Positions 39,919 through 53,382 of a stretch of DNA of 64,000 nucleotides are shown piece by piece (positions within the stretch are counted from its first letter, which is position 1; every line of letters begins with the position of its first letter). The stretch spans positions 28,275,772-28,339,771 of the forward strand of contig NC_057720.1 of assembly GCF_004010195.1 (NCBI RefSeq). The letters are read 5' to 3'. Under the pieces are notes generated by a model that did not search any database, was not told where the DNA came from, and saw nothing but the letters and a program-made list of their open reading frames with translations. The position numbers and the translations under genes are program-made. The DNA is from Chiloscyllium plagiosum (Eukaryota).

Positions 39919-42900
39919 GGGAGAGACAAAGTAAATTGGGACTCTACTCATTGGAATTTCAAAGAGTATGAGGAGATCTTATAGAAACAAATGAAAGGAA
40001 TAGATAAGATAGAAGCAGGGAGGTTTCCACTGATGGGTGAAACAAAAGCTAGGGGGCATAGCCTCAAAATAAGGGGGAGCAGATTTAGGACTGAGCTGAG
40101 GCGGAGCTTCTTCTCCAAAGGGCTGTGAATCTGTGAAATTCCCTGCCCAGTGAAGCAGTTAGGACTATCTCTATGAATGTTTTTAAGGCAATAGTAAAGG
40201 AATTAAGGGTTACGGTGAACAGATGGATAAGTGGAGCTGAGTCTACAAAAAGATCAGCCATGATCTTATTGAATGGTGGAGCAGGCTCTATGGGCCAGGT
40301 GGCCTACTCTTGCTCCTAGTTTTTATTTTCTTATGGAGGAGGGTGGTAGGTTGGAAAGTTTAGGGAAAGATCATAAGGTGTGGGATGGAGGAAATTGGAT
40401 ACCACAGTTATTTGGGGAGAGGGCTCTGGAGTAAAATCAGAAGAATTACTGGCAACTCAGAACCATGATGGGGAGAGGAGGACATCAGAAAGAGTGGCAG
40501 TGATAAATCAGAAATGTTGTGAGACATGGTGATTGGAGGATAGTGTTGCAAAATAAAGGAAGGGTGGTGGCAGCATCAGAAAAACCAGGAAACGCTGCAT
40601 TGATGAAGATCATGGATAAAGAGCGAGGAATCATGTTAACTTGAAGGATCAGAAGAAATCCTGCTCCTCCTGATGTATAGACAGTACTGGAAAGGCAGTC
40701 CCCCTGTCTTGTTAGTAATGCATTTCCCAAGATTCACAAACCCCAGCTGCCACAGTGAAACCTAAAATGAGATACAATCTGAAATATTCATCCTCATTAA
40801 AATTAAAATAAAAAGGAACCCAATCTGACCTCTCCTTTTTTGATATTTACACCTATATAATTTTGGATTTGAAGGTAAATTGTTTCTGTACGCCCTTCAG
40901 TGCTTATATATTCTTTTTGTAATGTAGCAGTCTGAATTGCATGAGGTCAAACCAAGGTTCGATACAAGTTAATATAAATGTCCCACTTTTCAATTCTGTC
41001 CCTTCATAAATAAAGCCTTGCTTGTTTTTTTTATATAGCTTTGCTAACTTGTAAACAACTTTTAATGAATTTGTGCTCTAGTCACCTTTTGTTTCTCTAT
41101 CTCTGCGAGACTTGCAACTTACAAGCCTCCCTATTCTGGCTCCTAAAATCTACTCCCTCATATTTATTTGTTGAATTTCACGTGCCAATGATTTGCTCGT
41201 TAAGCAAATTTATTCACGCCCTCTTCCATATTTAATAATGTATGTTTTGGTAGATTTAGAAATCGTTTCCAATTACCCATCACAAATTATATATAATTTC
41301 TCATGTAGACAGAATGAAAATGCTTTAATTGTTGAATGCATGTGAGTAGCTAAGGGTCAGACTGAGAGGTAAATCTGTCATCAGGGAAAGGCAAGCCACA
41401 GCACTTTGCTGCCAAATTCTGAAATATAAAAGTCGTGACAGCCACTTTGACATCTACTGTCAAGCTATAAATCCATAAGGTAAGTGTGATGGGCGTGAGG
41501 TCAGGATGTCAAGTAGCTAGAAGGCAGGGTATCAGGTAAGTAGGATGCAAACTGGGAGGGGTGTTAGCTAGGCCGAGGGTAGGTTGTTAGGAATAGGATG
41601 CCAGCTGGGGAAGGGGGTTCCAGCTCAGTACGGTGTCAACTTGGGAGGCCAGAGAATGCTAGGTGTGGGGGAGATGCCAGATGATAAGGGTGCAGCTGAG
41701 GAGAGTGTGTACTAAGTAGGCAAGGTTGCAAAGTGGCATGGCAAGTGTTCAATGTTTGGGATTGCTTGGGTGGATGATAGAAATCTGGTCTAGCAAGTTA
41801 ATTTGTTCCAGGTCTGGTGGGGAATGAGGTGAATTGGGTTGGGCCGGAGGTGTTGCGTCAGATCCAGCAGTGGTGGGGAGATTGGATTAGTTACAGTTAG
41901 AGGAGTGGGGTGCTGTTCTCTGGGTAGGTCAGATTGCATTTGGTGTGTCAGGGCCTGGGAGATTTAAGTGTTCTGGGGAGACATAGATGGTGGTGTGTGA
42001 GGTAGGCCTGGGGTCAGTTTAATTGCTGTTCAGGAGATAGAATATGAACTTAATTGCCTAACCTTTCAGAGCAACTATTTTGCTTAATTTCATTGAAACA
42101 TCCGAAGTCTGTGGTTTAAAGAGATACATTCAGATGGTTCGAGGCATAGACGAATTGCCCACCAGAAAATTCTATTTTCTGGGCAATTTCTTCAGCCTAC
42201 ACTTTGAAGGGAATTCATCAGGGTGCCCATGTGCAACTTTTATCTTTAGAGGTATAAAGACTGCTTGTCCAACAGAAAATCAGGACCAGTATGACTTAGT
42301 TGCAAACATCCTCTTTGTATGTCAGAGTTGTTAGTAGAAAATCTGGATTTATATGGGGTGATAATCCTGTATAGGTGAAATATAATAGAACACAATGTTT
42401 ATAGTTTTTGTTATAAATTACTTCTTCTAGATCCACACTTTTTTTTTTACTTTTTACATCTTTGTTTTAAATGAGATCAGAGGTGGATCACAATTCCTAT
42501 GGTTGAACTTCAATTGCAAGAGGTTTAATATTCCAAACCTTTAGAATTTCATTGAGAGTGGTAATGAAATTGCTTCAGGGGAAACCTTTCTTCTGATAGT
42601 GATGGTAACAAATAGTTTAAAAGATTTGCTTTTTAAACCATTAGATATTAGAGTCACTTTGTGTGTCATAATCCTAATTATCAAAGGTGTGTGGAATGTT
42701 GTGATGACTTGTTAGTACAGTATGTCCTTAGGTCATCTCGTTCAAAATGTATTAAACATTGATCACCTTTTCAGACTATTTATGTGATATTGTAAATTGC
42801 ACATTCTGTCAGGAAAAGGGAAGAAAAAAGTTGAAATTTACCTTTGATGGTGAAACAAGATATGTAATCATGAATTGTCAGCTTTTTTGTTCTTTGGATA

Positions 42901-42937
42901 AGCTATAGGAGGAGAATCAGGCCATTCGATCCTTGAG

Positions 42938-43030
42938 GTAAAAACAATGACTGCAGATGCTGGAAAACAGATTCTGGATTAGTGGTGCTGGAAGAGCACA
43001 GCAGTTCAGGCAATATCCGAGGAGCAGTGA
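42938..43030 (-). mobile_element. PLE family A terminal fragment
   Basis: Near-identical to 47516-47607. Confidence 0.8.
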
Positions 43031-43491
43031 ACCTACTCTGCATTTCAGTCATGACTAGTATGTTTCTTAAGCCTCAGCAGCATATCCCTGCCCTCTTGAA
43101 GCAAATACTAATATTGTATTTGCCTTCCTAACTGCTAACTAAATCTGCATGAGATTTAATCTTAAGAAAATTCTGAACCTCACTCCCTTTGTGCTTCTCA
43201 TTTAGAAGCTTCCATTCCACTGACCAAAGTCTCAACCTCACACTTTGCCCACTCTCCTAGTTTGTCCAAGTCCTTCTGCAGCTTCCCCACTTCCTTGATG
43301 TCCCTTCACTTCTCTTTGAATCATCTGCAAATTTAGCAACAATGTTCTTTCATGCACTTCGTTAAGCCATAATGTGAATAGTTGTGGTTCCAACACTGAC
43401 CCCTGCAACTCCATGAGTCACTGGCTGCCATCCTGAAAAAGACTCCTTTAATCTTTTCTCTGCCTTCTGCCAGTAACTTGCCCCTAACAAC

Positions 43492-44049
43492 GTTTCAGAG
43501 AACACCTCTGGGACACACGGACCAACCAACCCAACCACCCCGTGGCTCAACACTTTAACTCCCCCTCCCACTCCACCAAGGGCATGCAGGTCCTTGGACT
43601 CCTCCATTGCCAGACCATAGCAACACGATGGTTGGAGGAAGAACGCCTCATCTTCTGCCTTAGAACCCTCCAACCACAAGGAATGAACTCAGATTTCTCC
43701 AGTTTCCTCATTTCCCCTCCCCCCACCTTGTCTCCGTCAAATCCCTCAAACTCAACACTGCCTTCCTAACCTGCAATCTTCTTCCTGACCTCTCCGCCCC
43801 CACCCCACTCCGGCCTATCACCCTCACCTTGACCTCCTTTCACCTATCGCATTTCCAACGCCCCTTCCCCAAGTCCCTCCTCCCTACCTTTTATCTTAGC
43901 CTACTGGACATACTTTCCTCATTCCTGAAGAAGGCTTATGCCCGAAACGTTGATTCTCCTGCTCCTTGCATGCTGCCTGACCTGCTGCGCTTTTCCAGCA
44001 ACACATTTTCAGCTTTGATCTCCAGCATCTGCAGTCCTCACTTTCTCCT
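43492..44049 (+). mobile_element. PLE family A 3' fragment
   Basis: ORF 43542..43769 (AQHFN..EEERLIFCLRTLQPQGMN) plus terminal repeat. ctaacaac occurs on both flanks. Confidence 0.88.
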
Positions 44050-44490
44050 CTAACAACATCGGCCATTATCTTGTTTAACAGGCTTACTCCTTTCTTAAAC
44101 AGGGGTATTGCATTTGTTAATTTTCAGTCCTTTAAGAACCTCCCTGACTTCAGTGATCCTGAAAGATCATCACCAGAATCTCCTCAGCTATCTTCTTCAG
44201 AACCCTGGCATGTAGTCCACCCACTCTGGTGATTTATCCACCTTCAGACTTTTCAGCTTCCTTAGCATCTTCTCCTTAATGGCCACTACACTCACCTCTG
44301 CGCCTGGACTCTCTTGAAGTTCTGGGATGCTACATATTTACCACCACAATGACTGATGCTAAGTATTCAGTTCCTTTGCCATTTTTTTGACTCCATTACT
44401 ACTTCTCCAGCCTGATTTTCCAGTGGTCCAATGTCCACACTTGCCTGTCTTACCATTTGTATATTTAAAAAGAAGTATCAACACATAAGT

Positions 44491-44805
44491 GGGCAGCACG
44501 GTGGCACAGTGGTTAGCACTGCTGCCTCACAGCGCCAGAGACCCGGGTTCAATTCCCGCCTCAGGCGACTGACTGTGTGGAGTTGGCACATTCTCCCCGT
44601 GTCTGCGTGGGTTTCCTCCGGGTGCTCCGGTTTCCTCCCACAGTCACAAAGATGTGCAGGTCAGGTGAATTGGCCATGCTAAATTGTCCATAGTGTTAGG
44701 TAAGGGGTAAATGTAGGGGTATGGGTGGTTTACGCTTCGGCGGGTCGGTGTGGACTTGTTGGGCCGAAGGGCCTGTTTCCACACCACAATCTAATCTAAT
44801 CTAAT
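44491..44805 (+). mobile_element. HE1-like SINE
   Basis: Near-identical to 5241-5572. Confidence 0.92.
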
Positions 44806-45471
44806 CACCAAATCCAGAACTACCTGTTCACTAGTGGGCTATCCCTTGAGCTGCTCTTAAAAAAAACAGTTTCATAGACATTCCATGAATTGTTTTCTTG
44901 GGATCCACTACCAACCTGATTTCCCCACTCCACCTGCATATTGGACCCTCATGTTTGATTGTAATGGTGCTTTTCTGACATGTCTTGTTTGTCTTCAGAT
45001 TTATTTTCTTCCCTACATCCTGATTCCTGTTGGGGCCAGTACATAACTCCCTTCAGGACTTTTTTTCCTTTGTGGTTCCTGAACTCTACCTTTACAGATT
45101 ATATGCCTTTCGACCCTATATTGTTTAATGCTATCAAGTTAACTTAATTTTTTTCTAAACAGGGAAACCCTGACCCTCTGCTCATCTGCCAATCTTTGTG
45201 ATAGGACGCACATCCTTTAATAGTTACATTTTTGCCCTGATTGCCTTGGGGCTACACCTCTGTAATGTACACACCATTGTATCCGTCAATATCAATATGT
45301 GCTTCATGCACATTTACCTTGTTTCATATTCTGCACACATTCAAGTACAACACCCTCAGTCTTGCATTGACACTTCCCTTCTCATAGTTGTCCCTTTATC
45401 TGCTGCCTGAAGTTAGATTCCTGACCGTTTTGATATTGTCTGTCCTTTTACTTGTTTGGGAAATTTAATAA

Positions 45472-45577
45472 CCTCTCCTAAGCTCTCCCGCTTCTAACTA
45501 GTATGAAGTCTTTGTTACCGCCCTCCTCTCCTAAGCTCTCCTGCTTCTAATTAGTATGAAGTCTTTGTTACCGCCCT
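45472..45577. repeat. 53-bp tandem duplication (2 copies, 2 mismatches)
   Basis: cctctcctaagctctccYgcttctaaYtagtatgaagtctttgttaccgccct occurs twice. Confidence 0.9.
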
Positions 45578-46832
45578 ATTGAGCTTTTGTACATGGATCC
45601 TGGTGCTATGTTGGTTCAGGTGGAGCCCATTGTAATGGTACTGATCCCTCCTGGATCAGAACTGATGCCTGTCCTCCTAAATCAGGAGAAATGGAACCTC
45701 CCCTTCCCACACCACTTCTTTAGACACATATTTGTTTCCCTAATCTCCTTAACGCTTTGCCAATTTGCACATAGTTTTGATAATAATCGAGACTTTTCAA
45801 CCATGAGGTTCTGTTTTATATTCTTGTTTTCAATTCCTGATATTCTACAAACAGGACTTCTTGCCTATTCTTGTCTATGTTGTTGGTACCAAAATGTATC
45901 AGAACAACTGAACCCGCCCCTCCTTCTCCAGTATCCTTTCAAGCCAATTTGAGATGTCCTTCATCTTGGCACCAGATTGGCAACATACCAGGTGGAACTT
46001 AATCCTGTTCACACAGGATGCTATGTCCCCCTAATTATAGAATCCCCTACCACTATCACTTTTCTTTGTCCTCCGCCATAGTGAATGGCTTCCTTGATTG
46101 CAGTGCAGTGGTCAGTTTGACCATCCTCCCTGCTGCTCTTCCCTCATCCTTACATGGAGCAAGTACCTCATACTTGTTGAACTGTGCTACGTTCAGGATC
46201 CCTCTATGTGCCTCACTTGTTGTCACACTCTCCTGTCTGTGACCAGTGGCCACATTTAAATTATTTAAGGTACAGGGTGTGACTGCCCAGAACCTAGTGC
46301 CAAGGTAACTCTCCCATTCCTGGATGTACTGCAGATGTGGTAACTGTGGCTTGATATGCCACCAACTCTGACATGACTAAGAACAACACATAGTCTATAC
46401 TACTATTTTTAATATAGTTATTAGGTTTCATTTATTGCAAAGAAAATTCTTCTTGGATTGAATCTATATTATTATACTTGTTCTGAATCTGTGACTGTTT
46501 CTGACTAGTCCCTAATTATAGGTCTCTTACCAGCCAATCAAACCAGATTCTCTGTGATATCACCTATTTACTTGTTTGCTTGTTTGTTTATTTATTTATC
46601 CATCTATTATTTATTGTTACATATACCCAGAAAAATACAGTGAAAAGTGCCTTGTTGCCACAATCAGGTGCCATTTTGAGTTACCAAAAGAATAAAATCA
46701 AATTTCATAAATAGAGTTCATCTTTTGTATAAAAGGTCTTCAAACACAGCTCCATGGCTTCTGCAAGGTGTCCTGGGCAACAAAGAGTCCCTGCTCTGGG
46801 AACAGCCACAACAAACTTGCCAAGACTCCAAT

Positions 46833-47137
46833 GGGCGGCACGGTGGCACAGTGGTTAGCACTGTTGCCTCATAGCGCCAGAGACCCGGGTTCTATTCCTG
46901 CCTCAGGCAATTGTCTGTGTGCAGTTTGTACATTCTCCCCATGTCTGCGTGGGTTTCCTCCAAGTGCTCCGGTTTCCTCCCACAGTCCAACAATGTACAG
47001 GTTGGATGAATTGGCCATGCTAAATTGCCCTTAGTATTAGGTGAAGGGGTAAATGTGGGTTGCTGTTCGGAGGGTAGGTGTGGACTTGTTGGGCTGAAGG
47101 GCCTGTTTCCACACTGTAAGTAATCTAATCTAATCTA
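46833..47137 (+). mobile_element. HE1-like SINE, more diverged
   Basis: Same layout as the other copies with more substitutions and a (taatc)n tail. Confidence 0.88.
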
Positions 47138-47612
47138 ACCTTCAAGACTACCGCAGCCAGAAGTCCTCACTCTGGGTACTGCCACCACTGCAACTGAGAA
47201 CCCGCCAAGCACCGCTCTGGCTTTTCCTCTCAAGCTCCTTTTCGGGAAATTTCTCTCTTTTTCTCTTCTCTTGTCCCTCATCCAAACTGCTACCTGATTC
47301 AAATCACTTTGTAAAAAAAACCCGAAAAATATGTGAACACTGAAATGATTAAAATTCTCAGCTTGAATTTATGCTCACAGCTTCTGGCAAGTCGCTTATA
47401 TAGAAACTGTCTTTTCCCTACTGATTTGAATTTGGATACATTCTCCGCTAGGTCTGCCACAAAATTCCAGGGTTTAAGTAGTAATACCCGTTACTGGCTG
47501 CCCTTTCTCTACTCCGTAAAAACAATGACTGCAGATGCTGGAAACCAGATTCTGGATTAGTGGTGCTGGAAGAGCACAGCAGTTCAGGCAGCATCTGAGG
47601 AGCAGTAAAATC

Positions 47613-47640
47613 GACGTTTCGGGCAAAAGCCCTTCATCAG
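47613..47640 (-). ncRNA. Minimal hammerhead ribozyme motif, intact core
   Basis: Reverse complement reads CUGAUGA-A-GGGC-UUUU-GCCC-GAAA-CGUC. Confidence 0.78.
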
Positions 47641-47765
47641 GAATACAGGCAGAGAGCCTGAAGCGCGGAGAGATAAATGAAAGGGGGGTGGGGGTGGGGA
47701 GAAAGCAGCATAGAGTACAATAGGTGAGTGGGGGTGGGGATGGAGGTGATAGGTCAGAGAGGAGG

Positions 47766-48762
47766 NNNNNNNNNNNNNNNNNNNNNNNNNNNNNNNNNNN
47801 NNNNNNNNNNNNNNNNNNNNNNNNNNNNNNNNNNNNNNNNNNNNNNNNNNNNNNNNNNNNNNNNNNNNNNNNNNNNNNNNNNNNNNNNNNNNNNNNNNNN
47901 NNNNNNNNNNNNNNNNNNNNNNNNNNNNNNNNNNNNNNNNNNNNNNNNNNNNNNNNNNNNNNNNNNNNNNNNNNNNNNNNNNNNNNNNNNNNNNNNNNNN
48001 NNNNNNNNNNNNNNNNNNNNNNNNNNNNNNNNNNNNNNNNNNNNNNNNNNNNNNNNNNNNNNNNNNNNNNNNNNNNNNNNNNNNNNNNNNNNNNNNNNNN
48101 NNNNNNNNNNNNNNNNNNNNNNNNNNNNNNNNNNNNNNNNNNNNNNNNNNNNNNNNNNNNNNNNNNNNNNNNNNNNNNNNNNNNNNNNNNNNNNNNNNNN
48201 NNNNNNNNNNNNNNNNNNNNNNNNNNNNNNNNNNNNNNNNNNNNNNNNNNNNNNNNNNNNNNNNNNNNNNNNNNNNNNNNNNNNNNNNNNNNNNNNNNNN
48301 NNNNNNNNNNNNNNNNNNNNNNNNNNNNNNNNNNNNNNNNNNNNNNNNNNNNNNNNNNNNNNNNNNNNNNNNNNNNNNNNNNNNNNNNNNNNNNNNNNNN
48401 NNNNNNNNNNNNNNNNNNNNNNNNNNNNNNNNNNNNNNNNNNNNNNNNNNNNNNNNNNNNNNNNNNNNNNNNNNNNNNNNNNNNNNNNNNNNNNNNNNNN
48501 NNNNNNNNNNNNNNNNNNNNNNNNNNNNNNNNNNNNNNNNNNNNNNNNNNNNNNNNNNNNNNNNNNNNNNNNNNNNNNNNNNNNNNNNNNNNNNNNNNNN
48601 NNNNNNNNNNNNNNNNNNNNNNNNNNNNNNNNNNNNNNNNNNNNNNNNNNNNNNNNNNNNNNNNNNNNNNNNNNNNNNNNNNNNNNNNNNNNNNNNNNNN
48701 NNNNNNNNNNNNNNNNNNNNNNNNNNNNNNNNNNNNNNNNNNNNNNNNNNNNNNNNNNNNNN
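47766..48762. other. Assembly gap
   Basis: Run of N. Confidence 1.
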
Positions 48763-51025
48763 CGACGTTTCGGGCAAAAGCCCTTTATCAGGAATAAAGG
48801 CAGAGAGCCTGAAGCATGGAGAGACAACGCCACTCACCTGCATTCTGCTGACATGCCTCCCACAGATCCCACTGTACCATCCCTGCCCCCCCAGAACCCT
48901 GAGGGGAACACAACCCCTGCTCATGACTCCACCTCCATTCCCCCCACCATCACACCCACTCCAGTTATGGGCTCCACCCCCACTCCCAGCTCCACACCCA
49001 CACTAGATCCCAGCTCCCAGCCCTGCTGAGTTTTCACCATCCTCAAGACCTTCCCCTCACTGAGGACAAACGATCAGTCCTCAGCAAAGGACTCACCTTC
49101 ATCCCCCTCCGTCCACGCATCAATGAATTTAATACACGCTGTGACGTCGACCACTTCTTCCACCACTTCTGCCTCCGACCTTCTTTCACAATCAGGACTC
49201 TCGCCCACCTTCTGAGGACCCCTTTGCCCACCTCCAACACATTGCATCCACCTGGAAACCCCGCGCTGGCCTATTACATGCCCTCGACCTCTTCATTTCC
49301 AACTGCCGCCGGGACATTAACCGCCTCAACCTGTCTACTCCACTCCTCCACTCCAACCTCTCACCCTCACAACCCGCAGCCCTCCAATCCCTCTGCTCTA
49401 ATCCTGATCTCACCATCAAGCCAGCAGATAAAGGGGGCGTAGTGGTAGTCTGGCGCAATGACCTCTACACCGCTGAAGCCAAACGCCAACTCGAGGACAC
49501 CTCTTCCTACCGCCCCCTCGACCATGGCCCCACCCCCCCCATCACCAAACCATCATCTCACAGACCATACAGAACCGCATCACCTAGGAGATCTCCCACC
49601 CACAGCTTCCAACCTCATAGTCCAGGAACCCCGCACTGCCCGGTTCTACCTCCTTCCCAAGATCCACAAGCCTGAACATCCTGGCCGACCTATTGTCTCA
49701 GCATGCTTCTGCCCCACTGAACTCATTTCTACCTACTTCGACACTGTCCTATCCCCCACTAGTCCAGGAACTCCCCACATACGTTCGTGACACCACCCAC
49801 GCCCTCCACCTCCTCCAAGACTTCCGTTTCCCCGGCCCCCAATGCCTCATCTTCACCATGGATATCCAATCCCTCTAAACCTCCATCTACCATGACCAGG
49901 GCCTCCAAGCCCTCCGTTTCTTCCTCTCTCGACGCCCCAACAGTACCCTTTCACCGACACTCTCATTCGTTTGGCCGAACTGGTCCTCACCCTTAACAAT
50001 TTTTCCTTTGAATCCTCCCACTTCCTCCATAACAAAGGAGTAGCCATGGGCACCCGTATGGGCCCCAGCTATGCCTGTCTCTTTGTTGGCTACGTAGAAC
50101 AGTCGATCTTCCGTAATTACACCAGCACCACTCTCCACCTCTTCCTCCACTACATTGATGACTGCATTGGCGCCACCTCGTGCTCTCGCAAGGAGGTTGA
50201 GCAATTCATAAACTTCACCAACACATTCCACCCTGACCTTAAATTTACCTGGATCATCTCTGACATCTCCCTCCCCTTCCTAGACCTCTCCATCTCCATT
50301 AATGATGACCAACTTGATACCGACATTTTTTACAATATCACCGACTCCCACAGCTACCTGGATTACACCTCTTCCCTCCTGCAAAAACGCCATCCCGTAT
50401 TCCCAATTCCTCCCTCCGCCGTATCTGCTCCCAGGAAGACCAATTCCACCTCAGAACACACCAGATGGCTTCCTTCTTTAGGGACCGCAATTTCCCTTCC
50501 CACGTGGTTAAAAATGCCCTCCAACGCATTTCGTCCACATCCCGCACCTCCGCCCTCAGACCCCACCCCTCCAACTGTAATAAGGACAGAACGCCCCTGG
50601 TGCTCACCTTCCACCTTCCAACCTTTGCATAAACCAAATCATCTACCAACATTTCCGCCACCTCCAAACAGACCCCACCACCCAGGGATATATTTCCCTC
50701 CCCACCCCTTTCCGCCTTCCACAAAGACCGTTCTCTCCATGACTACCTGGTTAGGTCCACGCCCCCCTTCAACCCACCCTCCCATCCTGGCACCTTCGCC
50801 TGCCACCGCAGGAATTGCAAAACCTGCGCCCACACCTCCTCCCTCACCTCCATCCAAGGCCCTAAAGGAGCCTTCCACATCCATCAAAGTTCTACCTGCA
50901 CATCCACTAATATCATTTATTGTATCCGTTGCTCCCGATACGGTCTCCTCTACATTGGGGAGACTGGGCGCCTCCGAGCAGAGCGCTTTAGGGAACATCT
51001 CAGAGACACCCGCACCAATCAACCA

Positions 51026-51037
51026 NNNNNNNNNNNN
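51026..51037. other. Assembly gap (12 N)
   Basis: Run of N. Confidence 1.
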
Positions 51038-51283
51038 CACCTATTGTACTCTATGCTACTTTCTCCCCACCCCCACCCTCCTCTCACTTATCTCTCCATG
51101 CTTCAGGCTCTCTGCCTGTATTCCTGATGAAGGGCTTTTGCCTGAAATGTCGATTTTACTGCTCCTCGGATGCTGCCTGAACTGCTGTGCTCTTCCAGCA
51201 CCACTAATCCTTTCTCTACTCCGGTGAGTCTGGACACGTTCTCTGCATAATGTTCCATTTCCTGTAAACACGTCTGTGTCAGG

Positions 51284-51503
51284 ATAAAAGCAAATTACTG
51301 CAGATGCTGGAATCTGAAACCAAAATAGAAAATGCTGGAAACTCTCAACAGGTCTGGCATCATTTGTAAGGAGAGAAAAGAGCTGACGTTTCGAGTCTAA
51401 CTGACCCTTTGTGAAAGGCTCAATTTGACTCGAAACGTCAGCTCTTTTCTCTCCTTACAGATGCTGCCAGACCTGCTGAGATTTTCCAGCATTTTCTCTT
51501 TTG
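51284..51503. mobile_element. Miniature fold-back PLE-like element, family D
   Basis: Arms of ~75 bp: gaaaatgctggaaa..gagctgacgtttcgagtc / gactcgaaacgtcagctc..tttccagcattttc. TSD acgtctgtgtcagg (51270-51283) / acatctgtgtcagg (51504-51517). Confidence 0.85.
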
Positions 51504-51627
51504 ACATCTGTGTCAGGTCTTGATCTGAAGTTTGGTTTGATCTTTCTCTCTTCAAATCCTCCAATTTCAATTCCAGCCAGTGAATCTATAGACTTCGTAA
51601 TTTTACCCTTGCTTAGTATTCACCTCA

Positions 51628-51950
51628 AGTCATAGAGATGTACAGCATGGAAACAGACACTTCGGTCCAACCTGTCAATGCCGACCAGATATCCCAACCC
51701 AATCTAGTCCCACCTGCCAGCACCCGGCCCATATCCCTCCAAACCCTTCCAATTCATGTACCCATCCAAATGCCTCTTAAATGTTGCAATTGTACCAACC
51801 TCCAGTACTTCCCCGGCAGCTCATTCCATACACGAACCACCCTCTGTGTGAAAACGTTGCCCCTTAGGTCTCTTTTATATCTTTCCCCTCTCACTCTAAA
51901 CCTATTCCCTCTGGTTCTGGACTCCCTGACCCCATGGCAAAGAGTTTGCC
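51628..51950 (-). mobile_element. CR1/HER1 3' fragment
   Basis: ORF 51754..52041 (SRTRGNRFRVRGERYKRDLRGNVFTQRVVRVWNELP). Confidence 0.85.
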
Positions 51951-52376
51951 CATTTCTGACATGCCTCTTTTTCAGAACTACCACTAATGTACAAATGTAC
52001 AATATGAATTTATAATCTGTTGTGTTTCCAAACATCTCCATTCAACTAACTGTGTATTTTCCTGAAATATTTTGATAACTGTAGAAGCCTTGTGATTTAA
52101 ACACAACCTCCACAGTTGGATTTGACTTTTCACATTTATGGATCAAGCACCGAGCTGGATTCACCTGGCTGACAAAACTGAAAATCACGAGTTGGGATAA
52201 CATTTGAAAGTTCAGTGAGGAGATTCTGAAGAGTGTGTCCTTTTTGATAGCTTCAGATAAATACAGAGCCGCTCCATGTGTTATTTGTCACTCTTCCATG
52301 AAACATGGAAGTTGCTGGCAAGACAGTCATGGAAATGTAGAAAATAGGAACAGGAGTAGGCCATTTGGTCCTTCAA

Positions 52377-52815
52377 GGAGAAAATGGGGACTGCAGATGC
52401 TGGAGATCAGAGTCAAAAAGTGTGGCAGTGCAAAAGCATAGCGGTCAAGGAGCATCCGAGGAGCAGGACAGTTGACATTTCGGGCATAAGCCCTTCAACA
52501 GGAATTTGGGGGGTGCCCAAGTGGACTGAGAGATAAATAGTATGGAGAGTGGGGCTGAGGGGGCAAGGTAGCTGGGAAGGTGATATGTGGATGCAGGGGG
52601 TTGGTGATGGTGATTGCTCGGAGTGGATAGAGGGAAGGAAGATGGACAGGTGGAAGAAGTTCAAGAGTGCGGTGCTGAGTTGGAGGGTTGGACCTGGGAT
52701 AAGGTGGGGGAAGGGGAAATGAGGAAACTGGTGAAATTGACGTTGATGCCATGTGATTAGAGGGTTCCTAGGCGGAAGATGTGGCATTCTTTCTCCAGGC
52801 GTCAGGAGGCTAGGA
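52377..52815 (-). mobile_element. PLE family A 3' fragment inside an old CR1 3' end
   Basis: Similar to 1848-2290. Confidence 0.8.
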
Positions 52816-53382
52816 CTTCATCAGAAATTTAACTGTTTCTTTCTTGAATCTGTTGAATGATTTTGCCTCCATTGCACTCTGGGCCAGTGAGTTCCACAGA
52901 TTCACAACTCTCTGAGAGAAGTAGTTTCTCCTCACTTCAGTTTTGATCCTACCTCTTCTCACTCTGTACCAAGACTTGTTGTTCAAGGCTGTCCCACAAG
53001 GGAGAATATCTGTTCACTGTCCACTTTATCAATCCCTATAGCATTTTATTTGCCTTAAACAGATCCTCCCTCGTTCTTTTAAATTCCAGCAAGTTCAAGC
53101 CGAAGCTATTAAAATGCTCCGTGTGTGACAGCTCTTTTATCCTTGGAATCAACCTGGTGATCCTCCTCTGAACTGCCCCCGACATCTTCCCCTAGTAGGG
53201 AGAACAAATGTAAACACGCTATTTAGTTGTGATCTCATCAACACTACTTTATAATCCAGTCCTTTTGCAATAAATGCTTGGATTCCACTCCCCTTTTTAT
53301 TATATGCTGCACCTGCATCCCACTTCCTGTGATTCATGCACAAAGATGCGCAGATCCCTCTGTACCAACACACTTAGAATCT

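Larger units (their letters stand above)
43095..46370 (-). mobile_element. Old, heavily deleted CR1 LINE including ORF1 remnants; hosts a PLE and a SINE
   Basis: RT remnants (ESFSGWQPVTHGV; aaatttagcaac), and the reverse complement of ggttcaggtggagccc near 45613 encodes GLHLN. Boundaries are approximate. Confidence 0.6.
47517..51208 (+). mobile_element. Long PLE family A insertion with inverted terminal repeat
   Basis: 15-bp TSD cctttctctactccg (47502-47516, 51209-51223). Frameshifted RT ([41 protein letters not shown]) and GIY-YIG region. 47554-47725 is the inverse of 51038-51210. Confidence 0.93.

Noticed and set aside
841..47137. All five well-preserved HE1 SINEs lie on the + strand
   Set aside because: The sample is too small, and two older copies are on the minus strand.
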